The translations under genes and the position numbers were made by a program. The notes beneath the pieces were generated by a model, which was not told the origin of the DNA, did not search any database, and was given only the letters and a program-made list of their open reading frames with translations. From NCBI GenBank assembly GCA_963840255.1, contig CAWIYB010000005.1, forward strand, positions 997,843 through 1,061,842: DNA of 64,000 bases. Direction: 5' to 3'. This document shows, in pieces, positions 47,215 to 57,500 of this stretch. How positions within the stretch are numbered: the first letter of the stretch is position 1; every line of letters starts with the position of its first letter. The stretch is from an uncultured Chloroflexia bacterium. GTDB taxonomy: Bacteria; Chloroflexota; Anaerolineae; Anaerolineales; UBA4823.

Positions 47215-48390
47215 ATGGAACTCAATTCTCCTCCACAAATGTATCAATGGACTTTTCGGCGCGTCATGGGGGCGACCCTCGTCCTGGTATTTGTTGCCCT
47301 TGGGTTTTATCTTCTTTACCGGTTTAACAATGTTGTTTTTATCCTGTTTATCGCCATTGTAATGGGCACGGTGATCAGACCAGCCGTAACCTGGCTGCAC
47401 CGGCGGGGACTACCCCGGATAGCGGGGGTTATTCTTGTTTACCTCCTGCTGCTTGCCCTGATCATCAGCTTCATCCTATTATTATTCCCGTTGATCGTTG
47501 AGCAAGGTACAACAATCGCTGCCGAGGTGCCTGGTTACTACCAAAGCATGCGTGCGGCGATGGTTAATAATTCCAATCAATTGATTGTGCGCTTAAGTGA
47601 GTTCCTACCGGCGACGCTACCCGGTCTGGTGCCGATAACACAAACAGTCCAGCAGATGCTGGCTTCAGCGGTACAGGCGTTGAGTTATGCAGCATCAGCA
47701 GCAAAAGCCATCTTTATACTCACAGCTATTCTGCTGTTGGCCTTTCATTGGGCATTAGATGGACCCCGAACCATCCAATCCTTGGTACAGCTGATCCCGA
47801 AGGAGCACCGCGAGAGTAGTCGCGAACTGATCACTTCGATGGAAATCAAGGTCGGTTTCTACATTGCCGGGCAAGGTTTCCTTTGCCTGGTTATTGGCGT
47901 CATGGCGCTGGTTGCCTATGTACTCATCGGATTGCCCAATTTCCTGGTCCTGGCCCTCTTTGCAGGTGTAATGGAAGCCGTACCAATGATTGGACCGCTG
48001 CTGGGTGCCATTCCTGCGGCGCTAATTGCCTTATCCATAGCGCCTTCCAAGCTGATCTGGGTGATCGTCGCCACGATAGTTATTCAGCAGATAGAAAACA
48101 GCTTACTGGTGCCACGTGTCATGCATAAGGCGGTGGGGATCAATCCGTTCGTCTCCTTACTATCTCTATTTGCCTTTAGCTCATTATTCGGCATTGCCGG
48201 CGCACTCATGGCGATTCCCATGGCAGCGATTATTCAACTCTTACTCGATCGTTTCGTTTTTCATCCAGCGACAATCGAGGCGGAGATCTCGACCGGTCGC
48301 GATTATGCCAGCCGGCTACGTTATGAAGCGCAGGACCTGGCTCAAGACTTGCGCAGGCAGACCCGGCTTAAAAGGGGGGCTCGGATCTGA
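47215..48390 (+). CDS. AI-2E family transporter (PerM/UPF0118)
   Basis: Polytopic protein with the conserved motif QQIENSLLVPRVM. The C-terminus may be truncated by a homopolymer indel (see findings). Confidence 0.88.
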   Translation: MELNSPPQMYQWTFRRVMGATLVLVFVALGFYLLYRFNNVVFILFIAIVMGTVIRPAVTWLHRRGLPRIAGVILVYLLLLALIISFILLLFPLIVEQGTTIAAEVPGYYQSMRAAMVNNSNQLIVRLSEFLPATLPGLVPITQTVQQMLASAVQALSYAASAAKAIFILTAILLLAFHWALDGPRTIQSLVQLIPKEHRESSRELITSMEIKVGFYIAGQGFLCLVIGVMALVAYVLIGLPNFLVLALFAGVMEAVPMIGPLLGAIPAALIALSIAPSKLIWVIVATIVIQQIENSLLVPRVMHKAVGINPFVSLLSLFAFSSLFGIAGALMAIPMAAIIQLLLDRFVFHPATIEAEISTGRDYASRLRYEAQDLAQDLRRQTRLKRGARI

Positions 48391-48488
48391 TGGTCAAGCA
48401 GATCGATCAAGTGCTGGATGAGATCGAGACCATAACCACCGACCTGGATTCTCTGCTGGCTGAAGTCCAACCACCAGGTACCTCATGA
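48390..48488 (+). CDS. 32-codon bridging ORF, either the displaced C-terminus of the upstream AI-2E gene or a coupling ORF
   Basis: Its start overlaps the upstream stop (TGATG) and its stop overlaps the downstream start (ATGA). The sequence is MVKQIDQVLDEIETITTDLDSLLAEVQPPGTS. Confidence 0.3.
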   Translation: MVKQIDQVLDEIETITTDLDSLLAEVQPPGTS

Positions 48489-49762
48489 CAAAGCGACTGG
48501 TTTTATACGCCTTGGCGGTTATGATCACATTAACGGCGTTGGTGGTGCTTTGGCAGCTCCGGATTGCCGTCATTTACGTGCTGATATCACTAACACTCGC
48601 CGCAGTCCTTCGACCATTGTTCAGCCGCTTGCAAGGAAAAGGACTGGTGGTGCGTATCGCTTGGGTATTACTATACCTGGTGGCGGTGGGGAGTTTCGTC
48701 TTCTTCCTCTTCGTAATTGGCAATACCGCCATACATGAGATACAACTGATGGCTCATAGTGTGTCGGTGCAGGATAAGTGGGTGCTGCCGGTATGGTTGG
48801 AGGGCAGCTCATTCCAACAGGTTCTTTTAGAACGGTTACCTCCGCCGAGTAAGCTTTTCGATGCAATTATTGGCAGCCAGGGACAGCTCGTCCTGCCGGC
48901 CATCCTCGGGTTCACGCAGGGTATTGGCAGCGTCGTGACCGCTTCAATCGTGATCCTGTTCTTGAGCCTCTATTGGAGCATCAATCAAATTCATTTTGAA
49001 CGACTCTGGCTTTCACTGCTTCCATCTGATCAACGCAAACAAGCGCGTGGTGTTTGGCGAACGATCGAGCCTGAAATCGGCTCTTACACACGCGCACAGG
49101 TAATCCAAAGTCTCCTGGCCGGGCTGCTATTAGGCCTTGGTTACTGGGCGCTCGGGTCTCCTTACCCGGCACTCTTGGGGCTGGCTGGTGCCCTGGCTTG
49201 CCTGATGCCCGTGGTTGGAGCAGCCTTGGTGATTATTCCAGTGTTTTTGGTCGGGCTACTGACCGGCATACAGCTTAGCCTGTTTACGACTCTTTATGCT
49301 GTTGTCATATTGACTGCCCTGGGAATATGGGTCAAGCCAAGGCTTTTCAGCCGCAGATGGGATAACCCCATTCTCACTGTGGTCCTGCTCATTTTTATGG
49401 CAACTGCTTTTGGACTTATCGGCATCATCATCGCACCGCTTTTATCCATTGTGTGCCAAATCCTGTGGAGCTGCCTGGTCAGCCGGCGTGCTGTTTCAGG
49501 GGCTGCGGCGCAGATATCAGACCTGAAGGAGCGGCAAACACAAGTGTGGGCTGCAATAGAGGTGATGGATGGACCACCGCTGCCATTGGTGATCAGCAGC
49601 ATGGAGCGGCTCACCCAGCTGATGGAGAAAGCTGAACCAATTCTGCAAGCCAGTTTACCGGCTGAATCTTCCGAGCCAATCCCCTCGCCCCTACCGGTCA
49701 CCGCTGAAGGTGAACCGCCTGTATCCATCAAACCTTCCAAAAAAGACAATGACCTCATTTAG
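48485..49762 (+). CDS. AI-2E family transporter (second paralog)
   Basis: Polytopic protein with UPF0118-like topology and a hydrophilic C-terminal tail. Confidence 0.85.
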   Translation: MTKRLVLYALAVMITLTALVVLWQLRIAVIYVLISLTLAAVLRPLFSRLQGKGLVVRIAWVLLYLVAVGSFVFFLFVIGNTAIHEIQLMAHSVSVQDKWVLPVWLEGSSFQQVLLERLPPPSKLFDAIIGSQGQLVLPAILGFTQGIGSVVTASIVILFLSLYWSINQIHFERLWLSLLPSDQRKQARGVWRTIEPEIGSYTRAQVIQSLLAGLLLGLGYWALGSPYPALLGLAGALACLMPVVGAALVIIPVFLVGLLTGIQLSLFTTLYAVVILTALGIWVKPRLFSRRWDNPILTVVLLIFMATAFGLIGIIIAPLLSIVCQILWSCLVSRRAVSGAAAQISDLKERQTQVWAAIEVMDGPPLPLVISSMERLTQLMEKAEPILQASLPAESSEPIPSPLPVTAEGEPPVSIKPSKKDNDLI

Positions 49763-49982
49763 AACAGATAGAGGCATGGCGGGCTTGAAAACGAACGTAT
49801 CCAGCACATCCACGTACGCAGGGTGGATATTGACAACACCCAGCTATGTTGTTTAAGGCTGATCGCCTTGCATTAGGAGAAGGATTGTTACACATCAGTG
49901 TGCAACGGTGCACTTTGGTTGTCATGGTCAATGAGCCAACGTCTGGATTTGCATCACAATCCGTTATAAAGGAGTTACACCA

Positions 49983-50096
49983 ATGATAGACAAAACTATA
50001 AAAATAAAGAAGAAAAAACGACTCTCCAAGGGGCAGCGTACACACGTGCGGCGGCAGAAGCAAGAAGCACGCAATACAGGTCCGATTCACAAGTAG
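49983..50096 (+). CDS. Candidate 37-aa highly basic small protein
   Basis: SD AAAGGAG 8 nt upstream. The sequence is MIDKTIKIKKKKRLSKGQRTHVRRQKQEARNTGPIHK. It lies in an otherwise empty intergenic region of about 800 bp. Confidence 0.2.
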   Translation: MIDKTIKIKKKKRLSKGQRTHVRRQKQEARNTGPIHK

Positions 50097-50556
50097 CAGA
50101 GCTGTATCTCACCCATACATTCAAGGTTGTCATAGCATCGGCCTGGTTGCTAAAAATCGCTACCAGGACGTGGTTTCGTACCGCGCAGCCTGTTCGTTTC
50201 ATTGCTGATACAATAGAGACTGGACGATTTGATTTTTCTCTTCTCTGTGATCGCTTCGTCCCTGGTGTGGATAGCTGGCTTGCACCTGGATTTTAGGGGC
50301 TTGTTGCGCATTGACCTTCGTGGTTAAAGCGATGTTACCAAAATCATATACAACCTCTTAGCTCCATCACCGACCTCTGGATTTTCATAGCCAGCTTCGT
50401 CATATGTATTGCTTGGGTGACTATCTATAGAGTGGTATTGCTTATCACCCAGGTTAAGCGAGGTCGAGACAATACTTATTGATGAGCTAAGTGCAGCGTT
50501 AATCAAGCCATTACAGCTCTCTCTTTAGATTTTCTTGGTAGAAAGGAGTAAATCCT

Positions 50557-51585
50557 ATGTTTACCCGAATCCTGGTGCCATTAGATGGGTCGCCGCTCGC
50601 TGAAGCAGTGCTTCCTCATGCTGAGCTGTTTGCTCGAATCTTTGGGGCAAGCATACATCTATTACGGGTTCTTGAACCCATTTCTTATCATGAAAATCCT
50701 GAGGCTATTGATCCATTGCGCTGGCAAATTCACAAAGCTGAAGCTGAGGCATATCTGCAAGGGATCGCAAGTAGAGTTCGTGAAAATCTGGGTGAAAAAT
50801 CCATCTTTGGCGAAGATGAAAAAAAGAGCCGGGTCGATTATTCTGTCAGAGAAGGAAAAGCTGCAGAAAACATCGTCGACTTTGCACATACCGAGAAGAT
50901 TGACCTGCTGGTTATCAGTACACATGGTTCAAGTGGCCTGAGTCGTTGGAATATCAGCAGTATTACCCAAAAAGTGATTAATTTAATATATCTGCCTGTT
51001 CTAATCGTACGCGCCTATGATCTATCCATCATCGATGAAAACAGAAAACATTATCGCCGAATACTACTCCCCATTGACAGCTCACGCCGCGCTGAATGCT
51101 CCCTCTCTGCCGCGATTGAGCTGGCGCGAGGTGAAATGTCTGCCGATAGCTCACCAGAAGCCATCGGTGATAAATCGATACTCGTCTTGGCAGCAGTAAT
51201 TCGACCACCCGAAGTGCCTATACCGGAACCTTTCCCGATCGAGATTAGCCAGCTTACCGAAAAGTTGTTACGACTAAGCCACCAGGCTGTTGAACGATAC
51301 CTTTACGAGATGAAAGAACGTTTGCCGGTAAAATGTGATACCTGTGTAGTCGAAAGCACGAGTGTGCCTTCCGCAATTCAGGAATTAGCCGAGCAGGAAG
51401 ATATTGACATAGTAATCCTTTGTGCCCATGGTTATTCCGGACAGGTCACCTGGCCTTACGGCACCGTTACATGGAATTACATAGAGCAAGGCACCAAACC
51501 CCTCCTGATTATTCAGGATGTACCGCTCTCTCAAGTAAGACCGACCGCAGCGGAGGTTGCATCAGAAAAATCCGGGAGACGTTAA
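50557..51585 (+). CDS. Tandem universal stress protein (two UspA domains)
   Basis: The N-terminus reads ILVPLDGSPLAE..L, followed by DLLVISTHGSSGLSRW. The second domain reads ILLPIDSSRRAE...DIVILCAHGYSG. The SD is AAAGGAG. Confidence 0.9.
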   Translation: MFTRILVPLDGSPLAEAVLPHAELFARIFGASIHLLRVLEPISYHENPEAIDPLRWQIHKAEAEAYLQGIASRVRENLGEKSIFGEDEKKSRVDYSVREGKAAENIVDFAHTEKIDLLVISTHGSSGLSRWNISSITQKVINLIYLPVLIVRAYDLSIIDENRKHYRRILLPIDSSRRAECSLSAAIELARGEMSADSSPEAIGDKSILVLAAVIRPPEVPIPEPFPIEISQLTEKLLRLSHQAVERYLYEMKERLPVKCDTCVVESTSVPSAIQELAEQEDIDIVILCAHGYSGQVTWPYGTVTWNYIEQGTKPLLIIQDVPLSQVRPTAAEVASEKSGRR

Positions 51586-51587
51586 GT

Positions 51588-54500
51588 ATGCCGGAAGACC
51601 CTGAAAATAAAATCCGAGAACCAGACTTTCCTATCTCGGGAGATTCATTTTCTTCTAAAACTGAACAAATGCAGGAATTAGCCAATCTTCTGGTAAGTAA
51701 TTATCAGGAAATTAGCTTGTCACTCACGGAGCCTGGGAAGAGAACCGTAATAGGGGGACGCGAGCTCAAGGTGTATGAAGACTGGTTGGAAAAGGCACAT
51801 GCCTATTTCCAGCAGGCTTCGAATAAGGATCTAACGCTTACCCTTGCCTCAGAATGGGTGCTGGATAATTACTACATCATCCGGCAAGCACTCCGGCAAA
51901 TCGGTGAGGATTTACCCGTTGGTTATTATAAGCAACTGCCTAAATTAGCAGGCGGACCATTGAAAAGCCTGCCACGTATTTATGCAGTTGGTCGGGGTGT
52001 GCTTTTCTTCCAAAACTATTTATTGAATGTGATGGACCTTCAAGCCGTCCTGATCCAGGTTCAGGAACATGTTCCCCTGACAATGGGTGAATTATGGGCT
52101 TTACCGATTTTCCTGCGCTACAGCCTTATAGAAAAGCTGGCGAGCACACTCGAATGGATAATTCATCCCCTGCCCGCACCAAAGTTACCCGTCTTTCCTC
52201 CACAACTCATTGGCTCTGGTAATACGTTTTCAGGAAACCACGATGCAGCTGGCGAAACTTTAGCCAGCGGAATCGTGGCGAATATAATCCTCAGCTTACG
52301 TACGATTTCTGAACAAAACTGGAACGACTTTTTTGAAGCAGTAAGCAGTCTGGAACGGACCCTGCGTGAAGACCCGGCTGGAATTTACCCTGTGATGGAT
52401 TTTAAGACCCGCGACATGTATCGAAAAGAAATCGAGTTGCTATCGTTTGCGAGCAAACACGAAGAAAATGAACTGGCTAAAATCACACTCGACCTGGCCC
52501 GGGAAAATGGCACAGGTGAAAACGATCCTACTGGAAAGATCTCAATAACAATCGGGGGAGAAAGCTCTCCCGAATACCCCGTTTCGCACGTGGGCGAATA
52601 TCTACTCGGGAAAAGCCGACTGTTATTAGAGAAAAAGATTGGCTTCAAACCGGATGCTAAAACAATATTTAAACGCTGGGTGTTACGGCATTCAAGTGCC
52701 TTATACCTTGTAGGCATCTTTTTCCTTAGCTTGTTGTTCATGGTGCTCATCTTTATTGAAATCAGTCTGAGGGAGATATTTTGGTCAGGTTCTCCATGGC
52801 AATGGATCTCCGCCCTTGTACTGGCTTTGGCATTGTTGGTTCCCGTATTGATCGTTGCCGCCAGCCTGGTTAATTGGTTGATCACATTGATGATAAAACC
52901 GCGTATCCTCCCTAAGCTTAGTTTCGGGGAGGGGATACCTGACCCGTTCAAGACACTGGTGGTTATCCCAGCCTTGATCACCAGCCATAGTGAAATTGAC
53001 AACCTGGCTCGCCAGCTCGAAATGACTTATCTACGCAACTCGGACCCAGGTCTGCTATTTGCTCTAGTGACAGATTTCGCTGACGCGGACAGTGAAACCT
53101 TACCTGAAGACGAAGAAATGATAAGGTACGCCACCACCGCAATTGAGAAATTGAACACCAAGTACAGCCAACCGAGCCTAGATTGTGATACACCTGTAGA
53201 CAGTATTCAGGCTCCATTGTTAGAGGTTGCAAATCTTGTGCAAGAAGAAGAAATACCACAGCCCATCGCGGACTGCGCAAAACTGTTTTATCTGCTCCAC
53301 CGCAAACGCTTATGGAACCAATCGGAAGGCAGGTGGATGGGGTGGGAACGCAAACGTGGAAAACTGCATGAGCTGAACAAGTTATTGCGGGGCAGAACGG
53401 ATACGTCGTTTTCTACACTCGCAGGCGAGGCGACGGATAGTGCAGAATTACAATCCATCCGTTTCGTGATCACCCTGGATGCAGATACAATTCTTCCACG
53501 CGGCGCGGCCAGACGTTTGGCTGGTACACTGGCCCATCCATTGAACCACGCAAGGTTCAATGACACCACCGGCCAAGTGTTTTCTGGGTACACCGTACTG
53601 CAACCTCGCATGGAGATCCATCCCCGCAGCGCGAATTATTCATGGTTTACCCGAATTTTTGCTGGAGATACTGGGCTTGATTTGTACACCAGGGCAGTAT
53701 CCGACGCATACCAGGACCTGTTCGGTGAAGGTAGCTACGTCGGTAAAGGTATTTACGATGTAGACGCTTTTGAGCGCAGTGTAGATAGACATATCCCCGA
53801 AAACTCTGTGCTCAGTCACGACCTGCTCGAAGGCATTTTAGGCCGCGCCGGGCTGGTCACGGATATCACGATGGTGGAGGATTACCCACCGAACTATATT
53901 GTCCAGGTCAAGCGCCAACAGCGTTGGATCCGCGGAGATTGGCAGCTTTTACCTTCGCTAATTCAGCCAGGAAAATTCAGGATTAAATTCACCGGTATCG
54001 ATCGTTGGAAAATGATTGATAATCTGCTGCGGGCAATGCTTGCTCCTTCCCTCCTGTTTATCTTCTTTTTTGGCATAATTTCCATGCCGGATCTCGTTGG
54101 ACTTTGGATGTTAATTCTCCTGCTTTCCTTGGGCATCCCGGTTCTGACAAGTATCGCTAGGAGTGCTATACAAACCCTGGATGGCGAAAGTATCGGCGCA
54201 GCATTTCATCCAATGAGATGGTCTTTCGTGCGCTGGGCATTAGCGATAGCCTTCCTACCCTATGAAGCATATAACGCTCTGGATGCCGTTCTCACCACCC
54301 TTTACCGCTTATTTATCAGTCACCGCAACCTGTTACAGTGGACTACCGCAGCCCAAACTGCCCGCTTGTTTGGCTTGCAGGTCTATCGCAACACAGCCTG
54401 GCTAAGGTTTATCGCATCAACGTTGGTTGTGATAATCTTAGCCGCCGCAATCCAGCTTGATCACACTCTTACCGGAAGTGGATTATCCCCCGCTTTGGCC

Positions 54501-57500
54501 TTCTCCATTCCATTGCTGCTATTATGGGTGTTTTCGCCGTTAATCGCCCAATGGATCGACCAGCCCATCAAACAGCGCGCGAAACCGTTGAGTACGGATC
54601 AAATAATTCTCTTTCGACAGGTTGCCCGCCGTACGTGGGGCTTCTTTGAGCGTTTCGTTGGCCCGGAAGATCACTGGCTGCCGCCCGATCACTACCAGGA
54701 GGCCCCGGTTGGGATAATTGCCCACCACACCTCACCTTCCAACATCGGCCTGCTACTTACCTCCACACTGGCTGCTTATGACTTGGGTTACCTGGATCAG
54801 CTCGGACTGGCGACCCGCCTCTCAATAACGATTGATACCTTAGAGCAGCTGGAACGTTTCCGAGGCCACTTCTTGAATTGGTATGATACGCTGACCCTGC
54901 AGCCGCTCAAACCACGTTACATTTCTACCGTTGACAGCGGTAACCTGGCTGCCAGCCTGATCGTAACTGCTCAGGCGTGTAAGAGTATGCCGAAAGAACG
55001 AATTTTTCGTTGGGATCTATGGCAGGGTTACCTGGATACGCTTTCCAATCTGACCGAGATATTATCAGAAATGCAGAAAGCTGAGTATAACAGCCTGGTA
55101 CAAGAAATCAGCCACAAGATTGCCAAGATGAACGAAGAAATCCTGGCAGTACGGATTGAACCTAATCGTTGGTTTGCCCTCTTTCAGACAGTAAATGGAC
55201 TGTTTTGGCCAGATCTCTCAAAACGCCTGATTGAGCTAATAGAGGCAGGTAGTGTAGCTTTCGATTTAGAAGCCTTACGCAAGCTACAAGAAGTCGCCGG
55301 CCAGGTTGAACGCCATCACTTAGCTATACAGCGAACGCTCGCCGAAATGGTGCCCTGGATTCATTTGCTGGAGCAGGTTCCCATGCTTTTCAATGAGATG
55401 CCATTTGTGCAAGGGTTGAACGCATTGAGAGATAATTTACCTTACAATCCACACCTCGGCCAGATTAGGAACTATGCCACTGCTGGCCTAACCAGTAACG
55501 CCGAACTACGAAATCTTCTGAACCAAAATCAACTCATTGCCATACGAAATTCTGATCAGGAAAGCAAAGCGAAAGAATGGTTGGATGCTATGGACCAGGC
55601 TTTGACCCAAGCTACAACTAATGCTGATGCCTTGCTGAATAGATACTCTCAAAGCGCGCTGCGCACTGAGCGGTTTGTGATGGAGATGGATTTCCAATTT
55701 CTTTATTCCCCACAGCGACGCGTATTTCACCTTGGGTTTAACCTTGATACTGGACAGCTCGACGATAACTATTACGATCTACTGGCCTCTGAAGCGCGGA
55801 TTGCTTCCATCATTGCCCTGGCAAAGGGAGATGTTCCTCAATCCCACTGGCTACAGCTTAGTCGACCGTTGACCCGGGTAGAAGGCACATATGTTCTGCT
55901 TTCCTGGAGTGCGACCATGTTTGAATACCTGATGCCGACGCTTTTCTTGCGCTCCTACTCAGGTACATTATTGGCAGAAAGCGCACTGGGAGCAGTCATC
56001 CATCAAATCGCCTATGGAAAAATGAAAGGCGTTCCGTGGGGTATCTCGGAATCTGGTTTTAACCTGCTTGACGCCAATCAAAATTATCAATATCGTGCCT
56101 TTGGGGTTCCAGGGCTGGGCTTTAAACGTGGATTGGGAGACGATTTGGTTGTTGCACCTTACGCCTCGCTCATGGCAATTAATTACAACCCTCACGCGGT
56201 AGCCCAAAACCTGACCGGCTTGATGGAGCATAACAGCTTTGGATTATATGGCCTGTATGAGTCGATTGATTTCACAGCTGACCGACTGCTGGTGGGCGAC
56301 ACCTCATCTGTGGTACGTGAGTATATGGCCCATCACCAGGGCATGATCTTAATGGCTTTGGTAAATTATTTCTATAAAAACAAAATGGTGCGCCGAATGC
56401 ACAACGATCCGCGCATCCAGAGTGTCGAACTGCTTTTACAAGAGCAAATCCCACTGGCAGCTCCTCTGCAAAATCCATATGCTGAAGATGTTAAAGGGAC
56501 CATGCGGTTTTCAGTAGCCCCCATTGAAATAAATCCCTGGAGTGTGCCAGTTGAGACCGCTATTCCCCAGGTTAATCTCCTCTCCAATGGCAATTATGGT
56601 GTACTGGTTAGCAACATGGGGGGTGGGTACAGCACCTGGCGAGACATAGACCTTACGCGTTGGCAGGCTGATGGAGTACTCGACCCATGGGGAACCTGGA
56701 TCTACATCCAGGATATGAATTTGACAAAGGATGAGAAAGCTTCCACAGGAAAGCTTTGGTCAACAGGGCACTTACCCATCCCTACCAATGCACAAAATAT
56801 TCAGGTGACATACTTCGCCCATATGGCGGTTTTCCACCGCACAGAGAATGATATTGCATCCACAATGGAAGTCACTGTGTGTCCTGATGACCCGGTTGAG
56901 ATTCGGCGGGTTCACTTGCACAATACAGACAGCCAGCTGCACCACCTGCGCCTGACATCCTACGGGGAAGTAATCCTCACCCAACAATCTGCAGACAAGC
57001 GCCATCCAGCATACAACAAGCTATTCATCGAAAGTGAATTTGAGCCTGAGCTAAATTTACAAATTTTCTCACGACGCCTCCGTTCCAGTGAGGAAAAGCC
57101 CGTCTTCATGGGACACATGCTGGTAGTCGATCATAAAAGGGATTTTCAGTATAACCATCCATCAGCCCGTCATGAAGCAGATCGCAATCGATTTATCGGC
57201 CGAGGCGGCACTCTCGGTAACCCAGCTGCACTCATTTCTGAACAATACCTCACAGGAACGACTGGCGCCACCCTTGACCCAATCTTTGCACTTGGAATGG
57301 AGGTCGACGTTAACCCACACGAAAGTGCTGAGCTGGCATTTCTGACCTTCGCTGGAGAAAGCAGGGAAGCGATCCTGGCATTAGCCAGGCGATATTCTAG
57401 CTGGACTCTGGTGGAGCGTTCCTATCATCAATCTAATATTTCCGTCCAGGCCTGGCTGGGGAAGCAAAACTATAATTCTCTGGCATATAAAAATACTTTA

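Noticed and set aside
49755-50202. Minus-strand ORFs of 111 aa and 68 aa in the AI-2E/USP intergenic region
   Set aside because: They have no SD, a Cys/His/Arg-rich non-protein-like composition and no family resemblance.
51420-51587. Upstream extension of the glucan-synthase ORF
   Set aside because: It lies entirely inside the well-supported USP gene in another frame. The ATG at 51588 directly follows the USP stop, and the product then begins with a hydrophilic leader as expected.
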